From: Minisyncoccota bacterium
GTDB taxonomy: Bacteria > Patescibacteriota > Minisyncoccia > Phycocordibacterales > CALRHW01
DNA length: 64,000 nucleotides
Direction of reading: 5' to 3'
Assembly (NCBI GenBank): GCA_046350795.1
Contig: JAXLZT010000001.1
Location: 309,780 to 373,779 of the forward strand
Shown here: positions 53,922-62,725 of the stretch, piece by piece
How positions within the stretch are numbered: the stretch's first letter is position 1
Layout: every line of letters starts with the position of its first letter
Notes under the pieces: generated by a model
The model's database searches: none
Told to the model about the DNA's origin: nothing
What the model saw: the letters and a program-made list of their open reading frames with translations, nothing else
Position numbers and translations under genes: made by a program

Positions 53922-56900
53922 TTATTCCTTAAACTTACCACCTGAAATATCAAAGAATCTTTCAAAGAAGTTTGTGAATTTAGTTAATACGCTCTCACGT
54001 TTTTTGGTTCGATCACCACTTGGAGAAAAGCGAGATACTGGGGGTAGTACTTTTGTTATTGCGGTTCCTGTTGTTGCGACACTTCCGTCACGGAAAGCAT
54101 TTTGTATGAAAGTATATGTTGCGTCATGATCGAGATTCTCACTAGCAATAATCTTTTCTAATTCCTCAATTTTCTTCTCTTCAACAAACTTTTTCCAGTC
54201 ATCATCAACAGCAGAGTGTACATCTAGAGAAGTAATGAATTGATTGATTAGATCTTTCTTATTTCTTAACTCAACACTAGAATCAATAGCTTTATTAATA
54301 TCAATTAGTAGTTCTCGATTATTTATATGATCCTCGTGATATCTCCTGATTAGTCCCAACACATAATCAATATTGATTTCAATTTGTTTTATAAGCTCCA
54401 TTTCAAAGACTACATCTTCATTGATGTTTTCTTTATCTTCTTCGATTGTCTTTCGGAACTCATTGTACAAATCAATGTACATACTGTGATAATCTTGAAC
54501 ATCTCGATCAGTCAAAATTTCATTACCTGCAAACTCGTCAAAAGTTGCAAGAATGTTACGAACACGCAATACCGCACCATACAGCTTAATAAATTCCTTT
54601 TGTTGTTGTTCACTAATGATTCGTTCACCTACAGGGAACTTCTCCAAAAGTTCATCTACTAAACTCCTATATCCTCTGATTTCTTTGTCGCCATCTTTGT
54701 AACCGTTGTAATAATCCGCATATGCTTTCAAAAGCACAACACCACAAGCCTCTTTGTCACCAAAGAGAGCAATTGATTCATTTGTGGCTTTTTCAAGATT
54801 TCGGAAACAAACAATATTTCCAAAAGTCTTTACGCTATTCAAAATACGGTTAGTTCTTGAATATGCTTGAAGCAAACCATGTAGACGGAGATTTTTATCT
54901 ACCCAAAGAGTATTGAGGGTAGTCGCATCAAATCCAGTTAAGAACATGTTCACTACGATAAGAATATCGATTTCTCTGTCTTTTACACGCTGACTAACAT
55001 CCTTATAATAGTTTTGAAATTTATCAGAAGAAGTGTCATAAGACGTGCCAAACATCGCATTGTAGTCCTTAATTGCATTATCTAGAAAATCCCTCGAACT
55101 AACATCAAGACCGCTCGTATCTTCAGAATTTTCATCGATCATTCCGTCAGCATCCTCGTCATTAACCCCAAAACTGAAAATGGTTGCGATTTTAAGTTGC
55201 TTATCACTTGGCACATCAGCTAATTGCTTCTTAAACTCCATGTAATACTTTTTAGCAACATCAATTGATGAAACTGCAAAGATAGAGTTAAATCCTGCCA
55301 ACCGTCGATCCTTTAATTTGTAGAAACTATTACGCTTTGTCTTTTGATCAAAATGTTCACGTATGTAGCCAACAATGTTTTCCAAGCGTTCAGGAGAAGC
55401 AAGAACAGCCTCACGATCAATGTCGCTCACTTTCTTGTCCTCAATATTTTCAGCTTCTTTTACAGTTGAAACGTAATCAACCTTAAATGGTAGTACGTTT
55501 TTATCTGCAATCGCATCAACGATTGTATAAGTGTGTAATTTTTCACCAAAAGCTTGCTCAGTAGTTTTTAGATCGGGTCGTCCTCCAGAAGAAGCATTCA
55601 TCGCAAAAATCGGTGTACCAGTAAAGCCAAAAAGATGATAGTTCTTAAATGTCTTTGTAATCGCAGCATGCATATCACCAAACTGTGATCGGTGACATTC
55701 ATCGAATATCAAAACTACATGATCATCAAAAATTTCGTGATTACCATTCCGACCAATAAAACGATCTAGTTTTTGAATGGTCGTGATAATAATCCGTGCA
55801 TTTGGGTTTTCAAGTTGTTTCTTCAGTAATGCTGTTGAGGTGTTACTATTCGCCGCACCTTTTTCAAACTTGTCATATTCACGCATTGTTTGATAATCCA
55901 AATCTTTACGATCCACAACAAAAACAACCTTATCTACATATGACAACTTACTTGCAAGCTGTGCTGTTTTAAAGCTAGTAAGTGTTTTTCCTGACCCTGT
56001 TGTATGCCAGATGTAACCACCAGCCTCTACAGTGCCGAGTTTTTTGTAGTTAGTACTAACCTCAATCCTGCTTAGAATTCTTTCTGTTGCAACAATCTGA
56101 TATGGTCGCATTACCAAGAGTTGTTTATCAGTAGTGAAAACGCAGTACCGAGTGAGAATGTTTAAAAGCGTGTGTTTTGCAAAAAAAGTTTTTGTAAAAT
56201 CCATCAAATCAGTAATGGGTCGGTTTGTAGCATCTGCCCACCAACTTGTGAATTCGAAACTGTTACTTGTACGTTTTCCTTTCTTTACAGTTCCTTCATT
56301 TGATTCTCTTATGTGTTGTCTTCGTACAGTGTTACCGTAATACTTTGTATGTGTACCGTTTGAAATTATAAATAGTTGTACATATTCAAAAAGACCAGAA
56401 GAAGCCCAGAAGCTTTCTCTTTGATAACGATTGATCTGATTAAAAGCTTCTTGAATGGCAACACCACGGCGTTTCAACTCAATATGAACAAGAGGTAGAC
56501 CATTAACAAGAACAGTTATGTCATATCGGTTTGATCTTTTTCCGTCTTCAGTAGCGTACTGGTTAATAACTTGAAGACTGTTGTTATGAATATTTTTCTT
56601 GTCTATCAAATCAATATTCTTGAAAGTGCCGTCATCTCGCTTTAGTACTTTTGTATTGTCTTCTTGAATAGTTGTCGTTTTATCTTCAATACTTTGATTT
56701 GGATTTGCTAGTTCATTTACAAAAAATCTTTCCCATTCAAGGTCTGTAAATTCAAAATTATTTAGTTTTTCTAGCTGTTTACGTAAGTTAACAACCAAAG
56801 TTGCTTCAGATGTAATCGGGAGATATTCGTATGCCTGTGTTTCTAATTGCTTTACAAGTGCACGTTCAAGTTCCGCCTCACTTTGATAGTGAGCCACTCT

Positions 56901-56981
56901 CTTACCGTCAGAAACATATTCTGCAACTACAGTACTTTGCGAATTTTCCGCAACTAAATTGTATTTATTGTTAATTGACAT
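53922..56981 (-). CDS. hsdR: type I restriction enzyme R subunit (HsdR)
   Basis: It is 1019 aa. The N-terminal HsdR_N nuclease region is followed by SF2 helicase motifs: motif I is 'WHTTGSGKTLTSFK', the DEAH-like box is 'IFDECHRSQ', and motif VI is 'QAYSRTNR'. Confidence 0.9.
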   Translation of the reverse strand: MSINNKYNLVAENSQSTVVAEYVSDGKRVAHYQSEAELERALVKQLETQAYEYLPITSEATLVVNLRKQLEKLNNFEFTDLEWERFFVNELANPNQSIEDKTTTIQEDNTKVLKRDDGTFKNIDLIDKKNIHNNSLQVINQYATEDGKRSNRYDITVLVNGLPLVHIELKRRGVAIQEAFNQINRYQRESFWASSGLFEYVQLFIISNGTHTKYYGNTVRRQHIRESNEGTVKKGKRTSNSFEFTSWWADATNRPITDLMDFTKTFFAKHTLLNILTRYCVFTTDKQLLVMRPYQIVATERILSRIEVSTNYKKLGTVEAGGYIWHTTGSGKTLTSFKTAQLASKLSYVDKVVFVVDRKDLDYQTMREYDKFEKGAANSNTSTALLKKQLENPNARIIITTIQKLDRFIGRNGNHEIFDDHVVLIFDECHRSQFGDMHAAITKTFKNYHLFGFTGTPIFAMNASSGGRPDLKTTEQAFGEKLHTYTIVDAIADKNVLPFKVDYVSTVKEAENIEDKKVSDIDREAVLASPERLENIVGYIREHFDQKTKRNSFYKLKDRRLAGFNSIFAVSSIDVAKKYYMEFKKQLADVPSDKQLKIATIFSFGVNDEDADGMIDENSEDTSGLDVSSRDFLDNAIKDYNAMFGTSYDTSSDKFQNYYKDVSQRVKDREIDILIVVNMFLTGFDATTLNTLWVDKNLRLHGLLQAYSRTNRILNSVKTFGNIVCFRNLEKATNESIALFGDKEACGVVLLKAYADYYNGYKDGDKEIRGYRSLVDELLEKFPVGERIISEQQQKEFIKLYGAVLRVRNILATFDEFAGNEILTDRDVQDYHSMYIDLYNEFRKTIEEDKENINEDVVFEMELIKQIEINIDYVLGLIRRYHEDHINNRELLIDINKAIDSSVELRNKKDLINQFITSLDVHSAVDDDWKKFVEEKKIEELEKIIASENLDHDATYTFIQNAFRDGSVATTGTAITKVLPPVSRFSPSGDRTKKRESVLTKFTNFFERFFDISGGKFKE

Positions 56982-58191
56982 ATTCGTTGAAGGTTAAAAG
57001 TTTTCCTCGGTAATATTCATATTGTGATCGACGTGCCTTAAGTTCAGCAGGTAATCCGATTGAAATATTGTTTACCAAATCATCAAATTTATCGAGGATG
57101 CTCACTATTCTTTTTTGTTCTTCAAGCGGAGGTACGGGTATTTGTATTTTTAGAATATCGTCTTTGCGAAGATTTGTTTGATCAGCACCGTTATCGTATC
57201 TAAGCAGTTGTCTGTTTCTACTTAATATGTAAAAAAGATATTTTGAATATATTTCATCTTTATTTTTAACACTCAAAGCACAGATTCGTTGATTTAAAGT
57301 GTATTTGTCGTTCTCATCAACATAAAAACATTTTGCTAGTGCTTTTCCGTTTGGGAGATCGCTCATAACCATCAAAATATCATTTTCAAATACAGGAGAA
57401 ATCTGACTGACAGAATATTTTTTAACTCTTCCATCTGTCGAAACAAATTTAGAATTAACAACAATATATTTGCCGTTTTCATCTATTAGTTTTTCGTGTC
57501 CTTTTCCATTCATAAAGTTAATAACCTGATCAAGTGGTAACCATTGTGTACTTCCCGCATTATCAAACGTCAATAATTGCGTACGGTAATGCTCATACTG
57601 CTTTTTTCTAGCTTCCAGCTCTGCTTCCAGCTCTGCTTCCAGCTCGGTAAAACTATTAAGTAGTTTGACAATCTCTTCTTGTATAGCAAGTGGTGGAATT
57701 GGTATTTTATACTCATCCCTAATTACTGATGGATGGGCTTTTTTGGTATAGTCAAAAACCTTTGTCATCCATGCGTCTGACAACACAAAATATAAATATT
57801 TTGTGTTCAATGCCTTTGTGTTGTTAACTTTTAACCACCCAGAAACATTTGTTACTGAATACTTATGGGTTGGTCGATAAAAAAAGCGACCACCTCCATC
57901 TATGGACCATGAAATACGCTCATCATCAAACATATATTTGCCATATCTACCAAATTCACCCGAACCAGTAGCGGAAGATGAGTATACGGGATAATCACCT
58001 GGTATTTTCGCTAAGTCATTTTTTGAGATAACTTCTCCTCGACCCAGCTTAATCATGTCTAAATCTTCAAGTTCTCCGAGTTTCTTAAACTCTACTCCGT
58101 TAGGAGATAGTTCAAGGATGAGTTTTTCAATTTTACTTTGAGTTTTAGTCATGTTTCCTTGTTTTTTCGATTTCTCTAACAATTTCATCAA
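56971..58191 (-). CDS. hsdS: type I restriction-modification specificity subunit (HsdS) with two target-recognition domains
   Basis: There are two TRDs, each followed by a conserved helical region. The central conserved region contains the tandem tetrapeptide repeat (ELEA)x3. It overlaps hsdM by 47 nt and hsdR by 11 nt. Confidence 0.85.
   Translation of the reverse strand: MMKLLEKSKKQGNMTKTQSKIEKLILELSPNGVEFKKLGELEDLDMIKLGRGEVISKNDLAKIPGDYPVYSSSATGSGEFGRYGKYMFDDERISWSIDGGGRFFYRPTHKYSVTNVSGWLKVNNTKALNTKYLYFVLSDAWMTKVFDYTKKAHPSVIRDEYKIPIPPLAIQEEIVKLLNSFTELEAELEAELEARKKQYEHYRTQLLTFDNAGSTQWLPLDQVINFMNGKGHEKLIDENGKYIVVNSKFVSTDGRVKKYSVSQISPVFENDILMVMSDLPNGKALAKCFYVDENDKYTLNQRICALSVKNKDEIYSKYLFYILSRNRQLLRYDNGADQTNLRKDDILKIQIPVPPLEEQKRIVSILDKFDDLVNNISIGLPAELKARRSQYEYYRGKLLTFNEYVN
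57611..57646. repeat. perfect 12-bp tandem repeat x3 (gcttccagctct) inside hsdS central conserved region, encoding (ELEA)3
   Basis: The plus-strand sequence is gcttccagctct gcttccagctct gcttccagctcg. Confidence 0.9.
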
Positions 58192-59740
58192 TCGACTTGC
58201 GGAGTTCGTTTTGTCGAATAACTATTTGATCAATCTCTGAGTTAAGTTCAGTAATATTTATAACTTCACGAGTATCTTCTGCAACAACATAACTTGAGAC
58301 ATCAAGCTTGTATGCATTATCAGAAATGTCCTTATTACTTACTAATTTAGCAAAGTGCTCTATATCCTTTCTCTCAATGAAAGCAGCCAGTATCTTTTTT
58401 CTATTTTCATCACTAAGTTTATTTTTATTTCCGCCACGAACAAATTCTGTTGAAGCATCTATGAAAAGTGTTCTGTTATCTTTTTTGCTCTTCTTAAGAA
58501 CAACAATACAAGTTGCAATACCTGTACCGAAGAAGAGGTCTTGAGGTAATTGGATAACAGTGTCCACATAGTTATTATCAATCAAATATTTTCTGATTTT
58601 CTGCTCAGCACCACTACGATAGAGAACCCCTGGGAATTCAACAATCGCCGCAGTTCCACTTGTAGAAAGCCATGAGAGCATGTGCATTGTAAATGCAAGA
58701 TCTGCTTTACTTTTAGGTGCTAGAACTCCAGCAGGAGAGAATCTTGGATCATTAATAAGTATAGGATTAGCATCACCCTCCCAATTAATTGAATATGGTG
58801 GATTTGAAACTATTGCATCAAATGGCTCATCGTCCCAGTGTTTAGGGTCGGTTAATGTATCTCCGTGAGCGATATCGAAATTATTGTAATTAACATCGTG
58901 CAAAAACATGTTAATACGACACAGGTTGTAAGTGGTTAGATTTATTTCTTGCCCATAAAAACCTTGTCTTACATTTTCCTTACCAAGTACCTTGGCAAAT
59001 TTAAGAAGTAGAGATCCTGATCCACAACAAGGATCGTATACTTTATTAACTTCCTTTTTACCGACTGTTGTAATCTCAGCGAGAAGCTCACTAACTTCTT
59101 GAGGTGTGTAATATTCTCCACCAGATTTTCCTGCGTTTGAGGCATACATTGCCATGAGGTACTCATACGCATCACCAAAAGCATCGATTGTATTATCAGC
59201 ATAATCACCTAGACGAAGATCACCAATTGCTTCTAGAAGTTTTGTGATTCTTTGATTTCTTTTTTCTACGGTACCACCCAACTTGTTTGAATTAACATCC
59301 AAATCATCAAATAGACCCTTGAGATCTTCTTCGCTACTTGAACCTTTCGCAGAACTTTCAATATTACTAAATACGTTAGAAAGGGTTTCGTTTAGATTTG
59401 CATTGTTTCGTGCATTTTTACGAACATTAACAAAAAGCTCGCTAGGTAAGATGTAAAATCCTTTTTCTTTTACAGTATCAGCACGACCGAATTCAGCTTC
59501 TTTATCAGAGAGTGAAGTATAGTCAAAATCTTTATTTCCTGAGCGTCGTTCATCAGCATTAATATAATTTGTTAGGTTTTCGCTGATGAATCTATAAAAA
59601 AGTATTCCAAGAACATATTGTTTAAAATCCCATCCATCCACACTACCTCGAAGATCATTGGCAATTTGCCAAATTGCACGATGGAGTTCAGCTCGTTCTT
59701 GTTCTTTTGTTGTATTTAAATTTGTTTTATCTTTACTCAT
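58145..59740 (-). CDS. hsdM: type I restriction-modification DNA methyltransferase subunit (HsdM, N6-adenine)
   Basis: The N-terminal HsdM_N domain is 'LHRAIWQIANDLRGSVDGWDFKQYVLGILFYRFISE'. Motif I is 'VYDPCCGSGSLLL' and motif IV is 'IVSNPPYSINW'. Confidence 0.9.
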   Translation of the reverse strand: MSKDKTNLNTTKEQERAELHRAIWQIANDLRGSVDGWDFKQYVLGILFYRFISENLTNYINADERRSGNKDFDYTSLSDKEAEFGRADTVKEKGFYILPSELFVNVRKNARNNANLNETLSNVFSNIESSAKGSSSEEDLKGLFDDLDVNSNKLGGTVEKRNQRITKLLEAIGDLRLGDYADNTIDAFGDAYEYLMAMYASNAGKSGGEYYTPQEVSELLAEITTVGKKEVNKVYDPCCGSGSLLLKFAKVLGKENVRQGFYGQEINLTTYNLCRINMFLHDVNYNNFDIAHGDTLTDPKHWDDEPFDAIVSNPPYSINWEGDANPILINDPRFSPAGVLAPKSKADLAFTMHMLSWLSTSGTAAIVEFPGVLYRSGAEQKIRKYLIDNNYVDTVIQLPQDLFFGTGIATCIVVLKKSKKDNRTLFIDASTEFVRGGNKNKLSDENRKKILAAFIERKDIEHFAKLVSNKDISDNAYKLDVSSYVVAEDTREVINITELNSEIDQIVIRQNELRKSIDEIVREIEKTRKHD

Positions 59741-59744
59741 AAAA

Positions 59745-59951
59745 TTATTTTAATAATTCGTTAGTCGACACTCCCAATGTCTGGGCTAGATTAGTAATAG
59801 TTGAAAGAGTAGGGTTTGTCTTTCCATTCTCAATATTACTTACAAAAGATTTGTCTACACCGAGTGTTTTGGCAAGTTCGGTTTGCGTAATATTCTTCTT
59901 AGTTCTGATTTTCTTGAGATTCTCTCCTAATTTTTTGGCACCATCTTTCAT
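59745..59951 (-). CDS. XRE-family helix-turn-helix transcriptional regulator (controller-like, upstream of the R-M operon)
   Basis: The HTH_3 motif is 'ITQTELAKTLGVDKSFVSNIENGKTNPTLSTITNLAQTLGVSTNEL'. Length is 68 aa. Confidence 0.7.
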   Translation of the reverse strand: MKDGAKKLGENLKKIRTKKNITQTELAKTLGVDKSFVSNIENGKTNPTLSTITNLAQTLGVSTNELLK

Positions 59952-59986
59952 AAAAAGATTATAACATAAATCGTTGTATTAAACTA

Positions 59987-60015
59987 CAACAAAAGCAAGT
60001 CATAAATGACTTGCT
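59987..60015. terminator. hairpin terminator (GCAAGTCATaaATGACTTGC + T-rich tail), potentially bidirectional
   Basis: The sequence is aaaaGCAAGTCATaaATGACTTGCttttgtttg, located between the XRE gene and tRNA-Glu. Confidence 0.55.
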
Positions 60016-60068
60016 TTTGTTTGCTAGTTTCGACCCTTGTCGAGTGCTCGAACTAGCTCTCTCTATTG

Positions 60069-60140
60069 TGACCCTACCGGGAATCGAACCCGGCTTTGCG
60101 CCTTGAAAGGGCACTGTCCTAACCGATAGACGATAGGGCC
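60069..60140 (-). tRNA. tRNA-Glu (anticodon TTC)
   Basis: The reverse complement folds with acceptor GGCCCTA/TAGGGTC, anticodon stem GTGCC/GGCGC with loop CTTTCAA, and T-arm CCGGG-TTCGATT-CCCGG. No encoded CCA. Confidence 0.8.
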
Positions 60141-60216
60141 ATATAACTGCTGAAATATATCATTTTTTGCAGAAAAAGCAAAAAGTGATAGGATGTTTTC
60201 AAGTATTAAAAGTTAT

Positions 60217-60289
60217 GGGCGGTTAGCTCAGTTGGTAGAGCGCAACATTGACGTTGTTGATGCCAGAGGTTCGAGTCCTCTACCGCCCA
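60217..60289 (+). tRNA. tRNA-Val (anticodon GAC)
   Basis: The cloverleaf has acceptor GGGCGGT/ACCGCCC, D-arm TAGCTCAGTTGGTAGAGC, anticodon stem CAACA/TGTTG with loop TTGACGT, and T-arm AGAGG-TTCGAGT-CCTCT. Confidence 0.8.
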
Positions 60290-60413
60290 CAATTTCGTCT
60301 CAAAAAACCCTTTGATATCGAACGTGAGGACTGAAGATATTTCTGGGGTTGGTTTGTGTATATTATAGAAGCTTAGTTTTAATTGACTTTTTCGGGTTTT
60401 TGTGTAGATTTAA

Positions 60414-61643
60414 GTGTATATGAATAAAATACCAAAGAATCTGTTATTACCGGCGATTATTTTAACAGTTATTTTGCCTATAAATTTAATCGGAGTCCGT
60501 CTTGATTATAGTCGAGCTACTTTTGTGGGTGAGGTAAAAGATAGTGCAGAAGAGTCTAATTTATCAGTTTCAACAGAAAAAGTTGAGGACGTGGATTTGG
60601 TTGATTTGAAAACAGAGCCAAAAATTGAGGCAAACTTGTCTAATGTTGAAGAATCTTTAAATCAAGATGTTGTCGAACCTGAGTCTGTAGACAATGTCAG
60701 TGTGGAAAACGTTAATGATAGCCAAGCTACTGACAATGGTCCTAGTGTCCATGAGGTTGCTGTTGAAACAAACTCCACAGTTGATAGATCTAGGGTTTGT
60801 TTGGGTGATCTAAATAATGATGGTCAAGTAAACGGTGATGATGTGCGAATAGTATTGGATTCTTGGTCTCATGATGTAGATAATTCTGGGTCTTCAATAG
60901 CAGATTTAAACAATGACGGTATCGTAGACGGATCTGATCTCGGAACTGTGCTCGGTCATTGGGGAGATTGTTCCGCTTCTTTAAACAATTCAGATGACAC
61001 ACCTGGTCCAAATTTTATACAAAATTTTACAGGTTTAGAGTCAGCTCTAAATGGTGTACAAAAAATACACATATCAACTAATTCAGATTTGTCTCCAACA
61101 GGCATTGGTAATACAGCTGATGAGCCAATAGAAGATGAAGGTGGTGATAATGGTAATAACGGTAATGAGGGCAATAATGGCAATAATGGCAATAATGGCA
61201 ATAACGGCGGTGGTGGTAATGACGGAGGCGGTAGTGGAAGCGGTAGTTCATCAAGTAATAAAAGAGGAGAGGTGCTTGGTGCAAGTGATATAAACAACGA
61301 GCTTGTTGTCGTTGCGTTTTCTCAATGCAATGAAGCTTATTTGAAAGACTATATTAAATATGGTGCAAATAATAATCCAGAAGAAGTAAAAAAATTACAA
61401 ACTTTCTTAAATAATCGTGGCGCTGGATTGCCGGTGACTGGTTTTTATGGAGAAAAGACCTTAGAAGCAGTAAAAGATTTTCAGCGTAAGTTTAATAAAC
61501 TTATATTAAAGCCTTGGTTTGATGCTGGTCTACTACCAGATGATACACAACCTACTGGATACGTATATGAAACGACTCGTTTTTGGATAAACGCAATGAC
61601 TTGTGGTGGTGTAAAAAATCTAACTCTACCAAAAATAAGATAG
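60414..61643 (+). CDS. secreted protein with two dockerin-type Ca-binding repeats, Asn/Gly low-complexity linker and C-terminal peptidoglycan-binding (PG_binding_1-like) domain
   Basis: It has a signal peptide. The dockerin-like segments are 'GDLNNDGQVNGDDVRIVLDSWS' and 'ADLNNDGIVDGSDLGTVLGHWG', with the (NG)n linker 'GNNGNEGNNGNNGNNGNNGGGGNDGGG'. The C-terminus 'VKKLQTFLNNRGAGLPVTGFYGEKTLEAVKDFQRKF' is PG-binding-like. Confidence 0.6.
   Translation: MYMNKIPKNLLLPAIILTVILPINLIGVRLDYSRATFVGEVKDSAEESNLSVSTEKVEDVDLVDLKTEPKIEANLSNVEESLNQDVVEPESVDNVSVENVNDSQATDNGPSVHEVAVETNSTVDRSRVCLGDLNNDGQVNGDDVRIVLDSWSHDVDNSGSSIADLNNDGIVDGSDLGTVLGHWGDCSASLNNSDDTPGPNFIQNFTGLESALNGVQKIHISTNSDLSPTGIGNTADEPIEDEGGDNGNNGNEGNNGNNGNNGNNGGGGNDGGGSGSGSSSSNKRGEVLGASDINNELVVVAFSQCNEAYLKDYIKYGANNNPEEVKKLQTFLNNRGAGLPVTGFYGEKTLEAVKDFQRKFNKLILKPWFDAGLLPDDTQPTGYVYETTRFWINAMTCGGVKNLTLPKIR
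61151..61207. repeat. 9-bp tandem repeat (ggYaataaY)x6 encoding (GNN)n
   Basis: The sequence is ggtaataac ggtaatgag ggcaataat ggcaataat ggcaataat ggcaataac. Confidence 0.8.
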
Positions 61644-61661
61644 AGAAAACACATATAAAAT

Positions 61662-62711
61662 ATGTGGTTAAATATGAGAAAAATAGTCAAAAAATATTTC
61701 ATACCACAAGAAGAAAACAATCATAAACCGTATTTTTTGCGTCGCAAAGCGCTATGCGCTATTGCTGTCTTTGTATTTTTTGTAGAAATTGCTTTTTTTG
61801 CCAACGTATATTTTTTTTCTAGTCGAGTGGATTTTCTAGCATCAGTTTTGCCTAGTGTTTTGGTTTCTTTGACAAATGAAAATAGGGATCAAAAAAATCT
61901 TTCTCCACTTTCTACAAACCCCATGTTACAGCTAGCTGCGCAGATGAAGGCAAATGATATGGCTACAAAAGGTTATTTTTCGCACACTAGTCCAGACGGT
62001 CTAGAGCCTTGGTATTGGTTAAAGCAGGTAGGATATAGCTATTCATATGCTGGAGAAAATCTAGCTGTAGATTTTGTTGATTCTGATGATGTGACTGATG
62101 CTTGGATGAAATCTCCAACTCATAGGGCAAACATGATAAATCAAAACTATCGTGAAGTGGGTATTGCTGTTGCACCAGGAAAATACAAGGGTAGAGACAC
62201 TCTTTTTGTTGTACAATTTTTTGGTACACCAAAAGACAAAGTGACTCTTGCTCAAAATCCAGTACCCCCTGTAGAATCGAAACACACCGATGCGGGAGTT
62301 CAGACAAAAACTCAGAAGACGCAAAAGATAGTGAGTATACCAAAAACACAAGATACTTTTTCTTCAGTTGAGAATGTCATTTTGGGTACAGAGACAAAGG
62401 CAAACATAGCAGATATAAAACCAATAACTTCTTCAAAAATCAATTCTTTTTTGAGACCTATTGAAAAAATAATCACCTCTCCAAGACAACTTTCTGATTA
62501 TGTTTTTGGTATATTAATTATCTTTCTCGCATTTGTATTGGCACTCACTATATTTATTGCAATTAAAGCACAACATCTCAGTACTATAGCTGGAGCTATC
62601 GCTATGATTATTTTTGTAGCCGGAATGATATATTTCAACAACTTTATTTTCAATTCTGATGGTGTGGCGATTCCTTCTGATTTTACAGCAGCTACAATAG
62701 AGGCTTTTTAA
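61662..62711 (+). CDS. CAP-domain (SCP/PR-1-like, YkwD-type) protein with N- and C-terminal TM helices
   Basis: The CAP motifs are 'GYFSHTSPDG', 'YAGENLA' and 'WMKSPTHRANMINQNYREVGIA'. Hydrophobic helices lie at both ends. Confidence 0.7.
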   Translation: MWLNMRKIVKKYFIPQEENNHKPYFLRRKALCAIAVFVFFVEIAFFANVYFFSSRVDFLASVLPSVLVSLTNENRDQKNLSPLSTNPMLQLAAQMKANDMATKGYFSHTSPDGLEPWYWLKQVGYSYSYAGENLAVDFVDSDDVTDAWMKSPTHRANMINQNYREVGIAVAPGKYKGRDTLFVVQFFGTPKDKVTLAQNPVPPVESKHTDAGVQTKTQKTQKIVSIPKTQDTFSSVENVILGTETKANIADIKPITSSKINSFLRPIEKIITSPRQLSDYVFGILIIFLAFVLALTIFIAIKAQHLSTIAGAIAMIIFVAGMIYFNNFIFNSDGVAIPSDFTAATIEAF

Positions 62712-62725
62712 ATATTTAGGCTAAT

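Larger units (their letters stand above)
44215..59990. mobile_element. ~16 kb defence / phage-derived integrative island between tsaD and tRNA-Glu
   Basis: It contains a Thoeris-like pair, a LexA-like repressor, a ParB-methyltransferase fusion, TerS/TerL, a large serine recombinase, a Shedu-like nuclease, type I R-M and an XRE regulator. It lacks housekeeping genes, is flanked by tsaD on the left and tRNA-Glu/tRNA-Val on the right, and carries no capsid, portal or tail genes. Confidence 0.5.

Noticed and set aside
60956-61297. Minus-strand ORFs (113 aa Leu/Pro-rich; 68 aa His/Tyr-rich) in the track
   Set aside because: They are antisense to the (GNN)n 9-bp tandem repeat of the dockerin/PG-binding gene and are low-complexity artefacts.
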